From: a virus
Taxonomy: Duplodnaviria; Caudoviricetes
DNA length: 64,000 bases
Virus record (IMG/VR): IMGVR_UViG_2595698880_000001
Location: 17,657-81,656 of that record
Strand: one strand, 5' to 3'
In this document: positions 31,038 through 40,917 of the stretch, in pieces
How the letters are laid out: every line of letters begins with the position of its first letter
How positions within the stretch are numbered: the stretch's first letter is position 1
Notes under the pieces: generated by a model
The model's database searches: none
What the model was told of the DNA's origin: nothing
What the model saw: only the letters and a program-made list of their open reading frames with translations
Program-made: the position numbers and the translations under genes

Positions 31038-31955
31038 TTAAACAGCGATATCTTCAAACTTAATCGGATCACCCGATTCATAATCAAGCAACTTGAAGTC
31101 CGAAATTGTAAAATCATAGAAGTTTTTGACTTCAGGATTTACCCATAAAGTAGGTGTTTTGAATTGTTCACGTTGAATCATTTCTTTCATTTGTTCTTCG
31201 TGACGGTTATAGATGTGTGCATTATCAATGTTGAATACTAATGTACCAACTTCCATTCCAACTACTTGTGCAATCATACGCTGCAACACGTACATTTGAA
31301 AAGTGTTGAAAGGATTTCCGATTGGCATATCATTCGAACGAATGTTAACTGTTAAATGTAATTTTTCTTCCCATGTTTGCCAATGCGTTTCATACATACA
31401 AGGCGGTAAAGCCATCCCTGGAATATCTTCAACACACCATAATGTTGTTTTAATTTGGTTAGAGTAACGGTTAAAGATTAACGACTGTATTAAATGGTCA
31501 ACCTGATCCAGCATAAGATGTGGTTTTCCGTCAATAACTTTACCAGGATATAAACCTTTATCTAATTGTGTAGTGTCAATTTGACCAGCATATACAGGCC
31601 GTTTCTTGTTAGCTAATTGCCATCCGTAAGATTTACCTATTGTTCCATCTTCTTGTTCCCATTCGCACCAAATAGTCTTTTGCTTACCTGTTAGTTCGCG
31701 CAGATCATCAAGTCTATTTGATTTCTTTTGCCACATCCATAAAAATTCCCAAATAGGCGTTTTATAACCTAATTGTCGCAATGTAGGAAATGGACACTCG
31801 CCGTTAAATACCATACGCTCATTTAAAACTGATCTAGCATATGCTGGTGATCCATCAGAATCCCATCTAGCACGAATTGGTTTACCTTCGTTACTTTTAC
31901 CTTCTGTAAATATTCTGTTTGTAATACGAACGATCTGTTCATCATACGTTGACAT
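31038..31955 (-). CDS. thyA: thymidylate synthase
   Basis: ALPPC, RSND..GNPFN, NAHIYNRH motifs. Confidence 0.95.
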   Translation of the reverse strand: MSTYDEQIVRITNRIFTEGKSNEGKPIRARWDSDGSPAYARSVLNERMVFNGECPFPTLRQLGYKTPIWEFLWMWQKKSNRLDDLRELTGKQKTIWCEWEQEDGTIGKSYGWQLANKKRPVYAGQIDTTQLDKGLYPGKVIDGKPHLMLDQVDHLIQSLIFNRYSNQIKTTLWCVEDIPGMALPPCMYETHWQTWEEKLHLTVNIRSNDMPIGNPFNTFQMYVLQRMIAQVVGMEVGTLVFNIDNAHIYNRHEEQMKEMIQREQFKTPTLWVNPEVKNFYDFTISDFKLLDYESGDPIKFEDIAV

Positions 31956-31959
31956 TCAA

Positions 31960-32109
31960 TCACTCCTGGACTTCAAAATAATAATTATTAGCGGCTACAT
32001 AAAAGCCATTTACAAATGCTGTATATAAATCAAATGGATTTTGAACTGTTGTTACAGCTAGTAATCCATTGAGATAACCACGTTTGAAAGCAATCATATC
32101 GTGCATCAT
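31960..32109 (-). CDS. small hypothetical protein (49 aa, not in ORF track)
   Basis: ATGA overlap with the sigma gene stop; fills the gap to thyA. Confidence 0.5.
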   Translation of the reverse strand: MMHDMIAFKRGYLNGLLAVTTVQNPFDLYTAFVNGFYVAANNYYFEVQE

Positions 32110-32807
32110 ATCGCCACTCTCCCAAAATGAGCTTCAGCAAAAGGTTTGATTCTTCTTTTGATGATACGGCCCACTTGAACTTGACTAATGCCTAAACCTT
32201 CAGCTATTTCCCTTTGACCTTTTTCTAACAAAAGTTGCTCCACTATGTAGCGTTCTCTAGGTTGCAGCTTGTCCATAAAATCTTGAGCAATAACATTAGT
32301 GTAATCTTCATCTGTACGCACAAAGTAATCAAATGTATCACCGAAAGTATCATCTTCATCAATGAGTTTATTTGTACTAGTTATAGTGAAGTTCTTATTT
32401 AAAGCAACTGCATCCATAACTTCTTTTTCAGACAAACCAACATCTTTCATAATTTCCTTTACATCTTTTTCGAAAGAGCTTTCACGATTAATCAACGAAA
32501 AATGTTCTCTTACGTGACGCGGAAAGCGAATTGATGTCGTTCGTTCTCTAGCCCAATGTAACCACTCACCTACCATGATCTTAACAGCATAAGTAGAGAA
32601 TTTGTATTCGCTGAACTTAATCGGATCATACTTAGCACAAGCTGTTAACAATCCCATTGAAACAACTTGCTCAATATCTTCCTTTGAATAATTTGTTTGA
32701 TTTTCGTTCTTCATCCAGTAACCAGCTAACTTTTCGTTCATTACGAAACCGATTAAACCTGAATTTTCCGCGAACAAAGCGTTTCTTTCCTCAATAGTTC
32801 TTAACAT
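32106..32807 (-). CDS. RNA polymerase sigma factor, SigB/F/G-like
   Basis: EDIEQ..MGL..YDP..KFSTYA..GE region 2; QREIAEGLGISQVQVGRI region 4. Confidence 0.9.
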   Translation of the reverse strand: MLRTIEERNALFAENSGLIGFVMNEKLAGYWMKNENQTNYSKEDIEQVVSMGLLTACAKYDPIKFSEYKFSTYAVKIMVGEWLHWARERTTSIRFPRHVREHFSLINRESSFEKDVKEIMKDVGLSEKEVMDAVALNKNFTITSTNKLIDEDDTFGDTFDYFVRTDEDYTNVIAQDFMDKLQPRERYIVEQLLLEKGQREIAEGLGISQVQVGRIIKRRIKPFAEAHFGRVAI

Positions 32808-32924
32808 AATTTAAGCTCCCCCTTAAATTTTGGTTATAAAGTGAATACGTGATGCATACCCTATGTGATGTAAGTTAATTATATACCAGCAAATATCATT
32901 TTGTAAACAATTTTTTCTAATTTT

Positions 32925-33656
32925 TTAGGACATATTTTTCTTGAGGTATACCGGACAAATTGACCTCATGGTACAAAAGGACTCACAAAAAAATGGAGAA
33001 TAGTTAGCTTGGAATGTACTGTTTTTTATTTTGTTCCATGCGCCTATTACTTTTAATTTTGCAAGCTCCATAAATACATCATCTATAACGAAAGTATGCT
33101 GCTGGTCATAAAGCGGAAAGTCAAATTCAAATTTATAAGGCATTTCTCCATATTTGGCCTTAACAGCAAGTGCATACACATATGGTTGAACTTTCTTTTT
33201 CAAAGCGGATTTTTCAAATGGTTTCGACTTTTTATAATCGCGGATCACCAAACCTTTTTCATCACGGTAAACATAATCGACAAAACCGTGAATAGGTGGA
33301 ATTCCGAATTGAACCGAATGAGTAAACTCCATTTCAACTTCCAGGGTATTCAATTGACTGATTTCAATAGCCTTCCTCTCTATTCCGGAAAGGGCCAAAT
33401 GATACAACTTTTCATATTCTTCTTCAGGAACGTAGCAGTATTGGTAGTTCTGCATGAAATAGTTCTTAGCCTGGAACACTTCAAATTCACCTTTTGCTAA
33501 CTTTTCCATGATTGTATGAATAAGTGTACCTAAATCAGCGTGCCAATCGACGGTGTTATCAAGATCATCCATCTTTTCTATATACTTAAATCCGAAATAA
33601 AGACCGCATTGCTCATGAAGTTCGATCCTGCTGCTGCTCAAATACTCCATTACCAC
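32925..33656 (-). CDS. Cas4-like/RecB-type PD-(D/E)XK exonuclease
   Basis: LSSSRI..C, GTLIH, GFVD..IRDYK, Q..VYA, C..C..C cluster. Confidence 0.85.
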   Translation of the reverse strand: MVMEYLSSSRIELHEQCGLYFGFKYIEKMDDLDNTVDWHADLGTLIHTIMEKLAKGEFEVFQAKNYFMQNYQYCYVPEEEYEKLYHLALSGIERKAIEISQLNTLEVEMEFTHSVQFGIPPIHGFVDYVYRDEKGLVIRDYKKSKPFEKSALKKKVQPYVYALAVKAKYGEMPYKFEFDFPLYDQQHTFVIDDVFMELAKLKVIGAWNKIKNSTFQANYSPFFCESFCTMRSICPVYLKKNMS

Positions 33657-33898
33657 AACTCCTTATAAACATTTACTTGATCCATTGAAATAGATTCTTC
33701 AATTCTTAGGCCACAAATAAGGTTGCTATCAAGGTCTTGTTGAGTAGTAAGAGGACACGTTGCTAAATAATTTTGAATAGCTTCACGTTGTAAAACACCT
33801 AAAGCAACAGTGTTTGGCTCTCTTTTATTAACAGCTATAAATGTGTTTGTTTCTTCTTTAATCGCTTTTATAATCGTATCCATAGTAATCATTTGCAT
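33650..33898 (-). CDS. hypothetical protein
   Basis: RBS GGAGG before ATG 33898. Confidence 0.55.
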   Translation of the reverse strand: MQMITMDTIIKAIKEETNTFIAVNKREPNTVALGVLQREAIQNYLATCPLTTQQDLDSNLICGLRIEESISMDQVNVYKELW

Positions 33899-33953
33899 AT
33901 TAACTACCTCCAATAATATAAAGCCCTACCGAATGGACAGCAGGGCTTATAAC

Positions 33954-34145
33954 TTATTTATTTAATCCGTTAAGGTTGATCTTTTTATTATCAGTTACTT
34001 TGTAAATAACAACAATAACGTGATGTGTTTCGTTTTCATTCATAGCTAAATTACTTTTGATATCAACAACATTGATCTTATGTTGACGTATCCAGTTATT
34101 TACTGTTGCATCCCTTTCGCCCCAAAACTCCTTAATCTGTAACAT
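33954..34145 (-). CDS. small protein, Cse60 (DUF2758)-like
   Basis: QIKEF...VNNWI...VVDIK...VIVVIY pattern. Confidence 0.4.
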   Translation of the reverse strand: MLQIKEFWGERDATVNNWIRQHKINVVDIKSNLAMNENETHHVIVVIYKVTDNKKINLNGLNK

Positions 34146-34146
34146 A

Positions 34147-34437
34147 TCAGGACTCCTTCGCTTCTTTGAATTTCTTGTAAATTTCGATCAATCCTTGACG
34201 ATCTACACCTAAATGTTTCATAGCAGCTTGTAACAGCTGGTAATCCTCAACATCTTCACCGCGACAATAATTGCAGCTTGTTACTTCATAACCTTCTTCA
34301 TCAAATCCTTCTTTAAATCCATCTGATTCAGCACAACTATCAGTACACCATCTTCTACCACATTCACAACTCTCGTGTGGCCCACAATCAGGAAAGTTAT
34401 CTTCACAATTTGTACATGTTAAGTAATCTACACCCAT
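34147..34437 (-). CDS. Cys-rich zinc-binding hypothetical protein
   Basis: CxxC, CxC, CxxxC, CxxC motifs. Confidence 0.6.
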   Translation of the reverse strand: MGVDYLTCTNCEDNFPDCGPHESCECGRRWCTDSCAESDGFKEGFDEEGYEVTSCNYCRGEDVEDYQLLQAAMKHLGVDRQGLIEIYKKFKEAKES

Positions 34438-34712
34438 TATTCAACACCATCACTTTCAGCTAGTTTTTTTAATGCATCACCGTTTTTAGCAACAGCTTTT
34501 TCAAACGATTTTCTAACATCTGATTTGATTTTATCATTCAATTCATTGTAACAATCGGTACACAATCCAGCTTCAAACGCTTTAGTTTTAACACCTACCC
34601 ACTTAAATTCTTGACAAGATGGACAAGGGATGTAGTTTTTCATCCGTCCTGATCGAACTTTACTTACGTTTCGTTTCATTTCAATTGTACTACCATTTAC
34701 CAGGGTAATCAT
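34437..34712 (-). CDS. zinc-finger hypothetical protein
   Basis: CPSC...CTDC; start likely ATG 34712 (ATGA-coupled to upstream small ORF). Confidence 0.55.
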   Translation of the reverse strand: MITLVNGSTIEMKRNVSKVRSGRMKNYIPCPSCQEFKWVGVKTKAFEAGLCTDCYNELNDKIKSDVRKSFEKAVAKNGDALKKLAESDGVE

Positions 34713-34858
34713 AACCGTGTCCTTCTGTACTCTCTTTCTTCCATTGCTCTTTCTTTTTCCCATACCTTCATCTGCTCCTTCAGACAGTCATCACAATAAT
34801 CACTGTCACTATTTGTTGGTTGTTCACAATAAATGCATTTACCGGTGTTTAACACCAT
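34709..34858 (-). CDS. small zinc-finger protein (49 aa, not in ORF track)
   Basis: MVLNTGKCIYCEQPTNSDSDYCDDCLKEQ...; ATGA coupling downstream. Confidence 0.5.
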   Translation of the reverse strand: MVLNTGKCIYCEQPTNSDSDYCDDCLKEQMKVWEKERAMEEREYRRTRL

Positions 34859-35024
34859 CCCACTTCCTAGTCTGTTCTCGACTCGTAATCAATAATTGTT
34901 GTAGGTAACGAAGGTATTCAGGATCATTTTCTACTTTACCTTCAAGTACCACCATGATAGCAGTAACTATTTCTTGTTCAAAATTGATAATGTTTTCGTT
35001 TGCTTGTACGATATTTTCACTCAT
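34839..35024 (-). CDS. hypothetical protein
   Basis: 61 aa, RBS AGGGGG. Confidence 0.5.
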   Translation of the reverse strand: MSENIVQANENIINFEQEIVTAIMVVLEGKVENDPEYLRYLQQLLITSREQTRKWDGVKHR

Positions 35025-35026
35025 TT

Positions 35027-36055
35027 TTAAACCCCCTGAAATTTAGATGCCATTTTTAAACTAAGCATAAAAGAATCCTTAACACAATCTGCTGGATCGT
35101 GGCCCAATATTGAAGGCATCGTTAACCAAATGTTTTTACCTCTTTGTTTTAATTCAGCAGCTAACTTAACAGCTGAAGCTTGACTAGCTTGTGTTGCATC
35201 ATTATCAGCAAATATTACAATGTTATCAACACCCATATCACAAAGTAATTGAACTTGTTCAGGTGTTGTTGTGTTACTTAAAGTAGCAACGAAATTTCCA
35301 TAGTCGTATTGAACGGCTCTCCATACAGAAGCAGCACCTTCTACGACTCCCACCCACCCACGAGACATAGCGTGAACTTTTGCAACACGATAATTATAAA
35401 GTGTTCGTTTAGCTAAATAACCTTGTTCTGTTGAACCAAAACAGTATTTAGGAAACGTTTCATCATTTGTTGCGCGGCCCTGGAATGCTATGATCCGCAT
35501 ATTTTCATCTAAAATAGGTATAGTTAGACGATCTTTGAGCAAATTATTCATGTTACAGTATCCTAATTTGAACATTTGAGCAATTTCAGGAGTGTAACCA
35601 CGTCCTTGCCAATATACATGTAACTTTCCGCTATCGAACGCTTCTAGTGTTGTCTTATCAAAATATGTAGGTTTGATAACTTTCGGTTCAAGTTCTATTT
35701 GAGTCGCTTCGTTAACTCCATTCTCACTACCTGAAGCAAACACCATAACATCTATAGCTTTTCTAAAACTATATCCCATGTGTTTAGTTAGGAAATCAAC
35801 GGTGTCTATATTACCGAAAGTGCGGTGTGTAAAATCACTGAACCTCCATTTACTTTCATTAGGATAAAATGTTATGCCTAAAGCAGAAGGATTGTCACCG
35901 CCACGAAAGAAAGCATTAATTCTCCAATCGATTACAATACCTTTATTCGTCTTTTTGTGTGGTCTTAGATTTTCGATTGGAGCGCCTATAAAGGTCATCA
36001 ATGCTCCAATATCTAACTTTCGGTTAAGTTCTCTCATTTCTTCTGCTGTAATCAT
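35027..36055 (-). CDS. DNA primase (TOPRIM)
   Basis: DRLTIPI..IIAFQGR..PKY..LYN; VVEG; FADND. Confidence 0.85.
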   Translation of the reverse strand: MITAEEMRELNRKLDIGALMTFIGAPIENLRPHKKTNKGIVIDWRINAFFRGGDNPSALGITFYPNESKWRFSDFTHRTFGNIDTVDFLTKHMGYSFRKAIDVMVFASGSENGVNEATQIELEPKVIKPTYFDKTTLEAFDSGKLHVYWQGRGYTPEIAQMFKLGYCNMNNLLKDRLTIPILDENMRIIAFQGRATNDETFPKYCFGSTEQGYLAKRTLYNYRVAKVHAMSRGWVGVVEGAASVWRAVQYDYGNFVATLSNTTTPEQVQLLCDMGVDNIVIFADNDATQASQASAVKLAAELKQRGKNIWLTMPSILGHDPADCVKDSFMLSLKMASKFQGV

Positions 36056-36067
36056 AACACATTCTCC

Positions 36068-36529
36068 TTACTTGAAATTCAAACTTGCGTATTCACCGAA
36101 CAATTCTACAGCTTTTTTATCGTAAGCTCTAGCTGCATCTTCTTCTGTTATATGCAAGCCTAAATGTATTTGTTTTTGTTGGAATTTTATATAAGCTCTA
36201 AATTTACTACCTCTTTTTGATACACCTTTGAACCTGGATGTTTTAGTTCTTTGTTGAGTTTTTTGGTTCATAGAGTTCTTGTGACGATTACACTCACGAA
36301 GATTATATTTTTGATTATTTAATCTGTTTCCGTCTTCGTGATCCACAATCATTCCTTCTTGTGCCTTCTTCAAAAATTGGTGCATATAAATAGTTTTACC
36401 ATCAACATGACCTCTAGCATAACCTTCATTTAGATACCATTTATACTTAGAAAGAGAATCGAAATCTTCATCATCGACTAATGCAAACATCCCTTTGCCT
36501 ATTTCACCGCGTAAAAATATCTTTTTCAT
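36068..36529 (-). CDS. HNH-AP2 homing endonuclease
   Basis: ALVDDEDF..MH..VDH.DGNRLNNQKYNLR; SRFKGV..AARAYD..A..LFGEYA.LNF. Confidence 0.9.
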   Translation of the reverse strand: MKKIFLRGEIGKGMFALVDDEDFDSLSKYKWYLNEGYARGHVDGKTIYMHQFLKKAQEGMIVDHEDGNRLNNQKYNLRECNRHKNSMNQKTQQRTKTSRFKGVSKRGSKFRAYIKFQQKQIHLGLHITEEDAARAYDKKAVELFGEYASLNFK

Positions 36530-36531
36530 GG

Positions 36532-37902
36532 TTATAACTCCTTTATTCTATGGAAATCGTTGAACCATAAGTCAACAGTTTTTCCTTCATCTTTACGATC
36601 AATTTTACGGCCCATTACAAGTTCAAGATAATGTGTCCCTTGATGTTGATGTGAATTTTCATAGCTTGGACGATTCTTTCTCAATACAAAGATAACGTCA
36701 CCTAGCTTAGTGAAGTGAGAAGTTTCGGCAAATCTAGCTTTACCTTTTTCATCTACCCACATCTGACCGCTTGTAATAACAGGAATATCACATTGCTTTG
36801 CAATTTTCTCTTTAAGTGTATCAATTTTAGCGGCTAATAACAAATCGGTACGGCCCTTTTCTACTTCGTGAGACTGAATTTTAACATAGTCATAAGTGAA
36901 AAGCTCAATACCTTCCTGCATTTGCAGCAGCTTAACTTTACTTTCAAGTTCTGAATTGGTCATTTCGTTCGCGTTAAAATGAAAAAACGGTGTCATTTCA
37001 ATCACGTCATATGCATCTATTAGCGCTTGTTTTTGCTTATCTGTTAAGAAAGGCTCACCATTTGGTTTAGTGTCTTCTGATGCCATGATTTGTTCTTCGG
37101 TAAGGCCAGCTTCTTTCGCTAATAATCGCATTAAAACTTCTTCATCGAACATTTCAGTATCCGCATAAGCTGTTGGTATCCCTAAATTTCTAGCAACATA
37201 CCAGGAGATATCAAGCATAACAGATGACTTACCAATCTTTTCTTCAGCACCGATAACATATAGCGCTTTTTTACGAAGATTTTTCATTAGTTTGTTCATC
37301 TTAGGATACTTACCGCCGATATTAATGCCTTCGATTTCTTTATTCTTAATCTTCTCTTTGATCCGGTCTAACTTTGAACCGATTTTAGTTATCTTCTCGT
37401 GAGTTCTGATTGAATCAGCAAGAAAATAAGTAGCAGTTTTGATGTGAGTGTCCATTTCTTCCAGGTCTTCAAACTGCTTATTACCTTCATCAGTATTAGT
37501 TATAGCGAATGTGCGAATTTTAGCCGAAAGATCAAGGCATTTACGGCGATAAGATAAACTTTTCAATGTCTTCATTTGTTCTGTTACAGCTGGTGATTCA
37601 GGTAGTGTATCGTCTACAAGGCTTCTTACAGCTTGTACACCACCAATACCCATCAAACAGTCATAACCTTCTTTGTTTGTGTTCTCAAGAAGTGTCATGA
37701 TGCCTTCAGGAGTTACGTCACCATCAGCAGCAAGGCGTTTGATAGCACCAAATGTAAATCTACAGTAAGGAAAGAAAAAGTCATCAGCTTTTAATTCCTG
37801 ACCGATTATTGTAATCATAGCAGGTCTTGTCATCAAAACCTTCAAGATATATGTTTCTGTTGAATTTGAGCTTAACGCTGCTTTAGGATCACTAACCGTC
37901 AT
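36532..37902 (-). CDS. replicative DNA helicase (DnaB-like)
   Basis: GAEEKIGKS Walker A, DTEM, YDY Walker B; next to primase. Confidence 0.85.
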   Translation of the reverse strand: MTVSDPKAALSSNSTETYILKVLMTRPAMITIIGQELKADDFFFPYCRFTFGAIKRLAADGDVTPEGIMTLLENTNKEGYDCLMGIGGVQAVRSLVDDTLPESPAVTEQMKTLKSLSYRRKCLDLSAKIRTFAITNTDEGNKQFEDLEEMDTHIKTATYFLADSIRTHEKITKIGSKLDRIKEKIKNKEIEGINIGGKYPKMNKLMKNLRKKALYVIGAEEKIGKSSVMLDISWYVARNLGIPTAYADTEMFDEEVLMRLLAKEAGLTEEQIMASEDTKPNGEPFLTDKQKQALIDAYDVIEMTPFFHFNANEMTNSELESKVKLLQMQEGIELFTYDYVKIQSHEVEKGRTDLLLAAKIDTLKEKIAKQCDIPVITSGQMWVDEKGKARFAETSHFTKLGDVIFVLRKNRPSYENSHQHQGTHYLELVMGRKIDRKDEGKTVDLWFNDFHRIKEL

Positions 37903-37908
37903 TGCTAA

Positions 37909-38454
37909 TTACCTCCAAATCTTAACCCACCGCACAATATGAATAGGTGCATAAAACAAATCGCACAAATTGTTATTTTTAACTTTTCTATCATAATCGA
38001 TGAATCGGAATGCTTTTCTATCGTGCCAAATACGTTGACAAGCGCTTTTGAAACCACGTTCTTTACGCATACGTCGAAATCTTCTTAATAATGATGTTTC
38101 AACATAAATGACCATTATGTTTTCTCTTCCTATTTTAGTAGCTAGGAATTCAACACCAGCTGGATCAATAATATAAACATCACTTTCGACTAACTGCTTG
38201 AGTGTACCGAAATAATCATGACCATCAAACCTGGTATGAGCAATAATTTCTTCTTCATGAAGCATTACAGTAGCTTGTACAGGTGTAATAAATTCATGAG
38301 TTTCTTCGCTTTCAAATCTCTTTGGACGTGAAGTGTAACTTTTTAAATCCGTTAATCCGTAACGTTCTAGTTCTTTTGAAATTGTTGATTTGCCTGTCCC
38401 ACTTTTACCCACCAAACAAACGATTCTATCTTGACCTTTTAGAAAAGTATTCAT
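37909..38454 (-). CDS. guanylate kinase-like protein
   Basis: VGKSGTGKST, SYTSRPKR..E..HEFI, YIIDPAG. Confidence 0.85.
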   Translation of the reverse strand: MNTFLKGQDRIVCLVGKSGTGKSTISKELERYGLTDLKSYTSRPKRFESEETHEFITPVQATVMLHEEEIIAHTRFDGHDYFGTLKQLVESDVYIIDPAGVEFLATKIGRENIMVIYVETSLLRRFRRMRKERGFKSACQRIWHDRKAFRFIDYDRKVKNNNLCDLFYAPIHIVRWVKIWR

Positions 38455-38632
38455 TGACTTCCTCCTTAGTCATTTCGCTTCTAACCACTTCACCACTTAA
38501 AGAAGCCCAATCAGTGAAATCGTTTGGCATTCTGCAATTGTGAGTATCATAAACGGTGATGTTATTTCTATCTTGCTGCTTCCATTTCTTCATTAATTCT
38601 TGCATTGAAACGCCGCGTTTAGGTCTAGGCAT
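38426..38632 (-). CDS. hypothetical protein
   Basis: 68 aa, overlaps both neighbours in the operon. Confidence 0.5.
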   Translation of the reverse strand: MPRPKRGVSMQELMKKWKQQDRNNITVYDTHNCRMPNDFTDWASLSGEVVRSEMTKEEVNEYFSKRSR

Positions 38633-38975
38633 TTTTCACTAACCCCTCATTCTTCCACCAATCATTACGTTTGCCTTGTAATTGGCAACTGATGATGACA
38701 TATTTTCCACACTCTTCTTTCTTACAAATGAACTGCATTCTTTCATTCATAGAACCAGCTACTTCATAACGTCTTTCTTTACCATTCGCTAAGAAGCCGC
38801 CTAACTTAGAATTTCTGAATTTGCGGATAATTTCAGTTCGAACAGCGTTGATGTCAAGTCCAGCTGGATCAAGATTCTGTCTTTCGACAAAACGAATAAC
38901 TGCATGATCTGACATAAACACTTTAACATTACCGATAAAATTACGTCTAACTTTATTTTTATAATGATTTGCCAT
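38625..38975 (-). CDS. hypothetical protein with HAxxRxxER motif
   Basis: SDHAVIRFVER; RBS AAGGGAGG. Confidence 0.55.
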   Translation of the reverse strand: MANHYKNKVRRNFIGNVKVFMSDHAVIRFVERQNLDPAGLDINAVRTEIIRKFRNSKLGGFLANGKERRYEVAGSMNERMQFICKKEECGKYVIISCQLQGKRNDWWKNEGLVKNA

Positions 38976-38991
38976 TAAATTACCTCCCTTA

Positions 38992-39432
38992 TCACCACTC
39001 TTCAGTGTCAAGCCAATTTAATTTCTTTTTCTTATCTTTATTATAACCATTTAAACCATTATTTTCAACGTTTTCTTTTTGTTTAGGGCTATAAATATCT
39101 AAATCATTTGAAGATTCTTTTTCGTGGGCCTTAATTTCTTCAGCAATCGCGCGGCCTTTCCAATAACCTAGACTTTCGGGTAGAACATCATAACCTAAAC
39201 TTCCAATCGATCTGAAACGCTTTCCTGTCATTTGTGAATACTTGATTGTATTAATGATGATTTCATTTGTAGAAAGATCAGTTTCGATATTATTTTCTTC
39301 CAGGTATTTGTTAACTGTTTTGCGAAGTTGAGCAAGCATAATACCCATGCGGCGCTTTTCTGAAGGCGTGAAAGGTTGCCCATGCTCAAATGTCTTGATA
39401 AATAAATCGGTTACATCTTTATTTTTAATCAT
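38992..39432 (-). CDS. hypothetical protein
   Basis: RBS AAAGGAG before ATG 39432. Confidence 0.55.
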   Translation of the reverse strand: MIKNKDVTDLFIKTFEHGQPFTPSEKRRMGIMLAQLRKTVNKYLEENNIETDLSTNEIIINTIKYSQMTGKRFRSIGSLGYDVLPESLGYWKGRAIAEEIKAHEKESSNDLDIYSPKQKENVENNGLNGYNKDKKKKLNWLDTEEW

Positions 39433-39498
39433 ATTATAATCTCCTTTTTTAGACAAAATAAAAAGAGGTGCAATGATAAACACCTCTTATTTAATTAA

Positions 39499-40284
39499 TC
39501 ACCAAATGTTAGCGAATAATTGAGCTACATTACTACGTTCTGACTTCTGCATTTCAACTAGCCCTACCAGCGAAGGCCATCCCTTGTTTTCAAATGCTTT
39601 GATACCATTTACAAGGCCGTTTTTATCACCTTTGTATTTATGATCGAACGCTTGTTTGTAATCACCAGCGAATACGATCTTACTTTTGAATCCTACACGA
39701 GAACCTAACATTTGAAACAAATCGTTACAAAGCATTTGAGCTTCTTCAACAATGACAAATGTTTTGTCCCATGTGATACCTTGTTGATAAGCAGGAGTAT
39801 CGAATTCAATGCAAGACATTACATCGTATGCATCATCATCACAAAGATTAGTGATTGACTTGATCCAGGGCATCATTTTCTCTTCCTTAGTCCCTGGTAA
39901 TAGTCCTAAATCCTTACCTACAGCAGCAGGATTACGCAGAATTAATATTTTTTCAATCGGATTATGATAATCAAGCAGCTTCTTTAATGCAAATTCGAAA
40001 GCCATTCTTGTTTTACCACCACCAGCAACACCGGTTAACATTTTTACAGGAACGTTATCATTGTCAAGCAAGTCAAAAGCCATCTTTTGTTCCATATTTT
40101 TAGGCTTTATCTTAGTCATTTCATAAGATAGCGGCACTAAAACCGAACCATTAAAGCGGCTAATGTCTTTATTGTCAATGATAACGTATTGATTGTTCCA
40201 AAAAGGGTATTCTGTACCGCCAACTTCGAGATAATCATTTAATTCTTCACTAGTATAATGGTGAAACCCTTTGTAAATATCCAT
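39499..40284 (-). CDS. phoH: PhoH-like ATPase
   Basis: PKNMEQ, GVAGGGKT, LGLLPG..EEKMMPW, IVEEAQ, SKIVFAGD..Q, ERS..A. Confidence 0.9.
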   Translation of the reverse strand: MDIYKGFHHYTSEELNDYLEVGGTEYPFWNNQYVIIDNKDISRFNGSVLVPLSYEMTKIKPKNMEQKMAFDLLDNDNVPVKMLTGVAGGGKTRMAFEFALKKLLDYHNPIEKILILRNPAAVGKDLGLLPGTKEEKMMPWIKSITNLCDDDAYDVMSCIEFDTPAYQQGITWDKTFVIVEEAQMLCNDLFQMLGSRVGFKSKIVFAGDYKQAFDHKYKGDKNGLVNGIKAFENKGWPSLVGLVEMQKSERSNVAQLFANIW

Positions 40285-40301
40285 GTAAAAACCTCTTCCT
40301 G

Positions 40302-40904
40302 TTAATTGATTGGATTACCTTCTGTATCAATAACTGTAGCGTTTCTAGGCACGAAATTCATTTCTCTAGTTGGGAATTTCATCATCGTGTTCATCAGGAT
40401 TTCGTGGCCTTGATCTTTATGATGTTTCAATACTTCAATTGTAGCTTTAATGTCATAATACGCGTCGTGATGATTGTCCAGCTTGATACCTAGACGTTCA
40501 CACGTTGGTTTTAATGATGAATTTTCATCAGGGTAATGATATTGATTTAATGTTTTTGTACAAATGAACGAACCTAAATTAGCAGAGAAAATAGGATCAG
40601 CTTTTTGTAAAAATCCAAAATCAAAAGTAGCAAATTGAGCAACAACAATCGTATCTTCTAAAAGATCAGTCATTGCGTACGCCGCAACATCTTCTTTCAA
40701 TCCATATTTTAAATCACTTTCTTCCACCTTCAAAAGCTCTTTGATAAAAGGAGTTAATTGTTTGCCTTTTTTTAAACGAACTTTGAAGTTGAATTCGCCT
40801 AAAATGTTAAATTCTGAATCTGTTCGGATCAAAGCAGCTTGAATAATTTGATCTGCTCCTGGAATCAAACCTGTTGTTTCTAAATCAATAAATGAATATA
40901 CCAT
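40302..40904 (-). CDS. DEDDh 3'-5' exonuclease (DnaQ-like)
   Basis: DLETTGL, FDFGFL, HHDAYYD. Confidence 0.9.
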   Translation of the reverse strand: MVYSFIDLETTGLIPGADQIIQAALIRTDSEFNILGEFNFKVRLKKGKQLTPFIKELLKVEESDLKYGLKEDVAAYAMTDLLEDTIVVAQFATFDFGFLQKADPIFSANLGSFICTKTLNQYHYPDENSSLKPTCERLGIKLDNHHDAYYDIKATIEVLKHHKDQGHEILMNTMMKFPTREMNFVPRNATVIDTEGNPIN

Positions 40905-40917
40905 ACCTTAACCACTC

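Noticed and set aside
31038-31955. ThyA as a dCMP/dUMP hydroxymethylase (modified-base system)
   Set aside because: It keeps the Asn of PFN typical of dUMP-specific ThyA, and no kinase, glycosyltransferase or phage polymerase accompanies it
32925-33656. CRISPR adaptation module
   Set aside because: No cas1/cas2 or array; solo Cas4-like nucleases are common in phage replication arms
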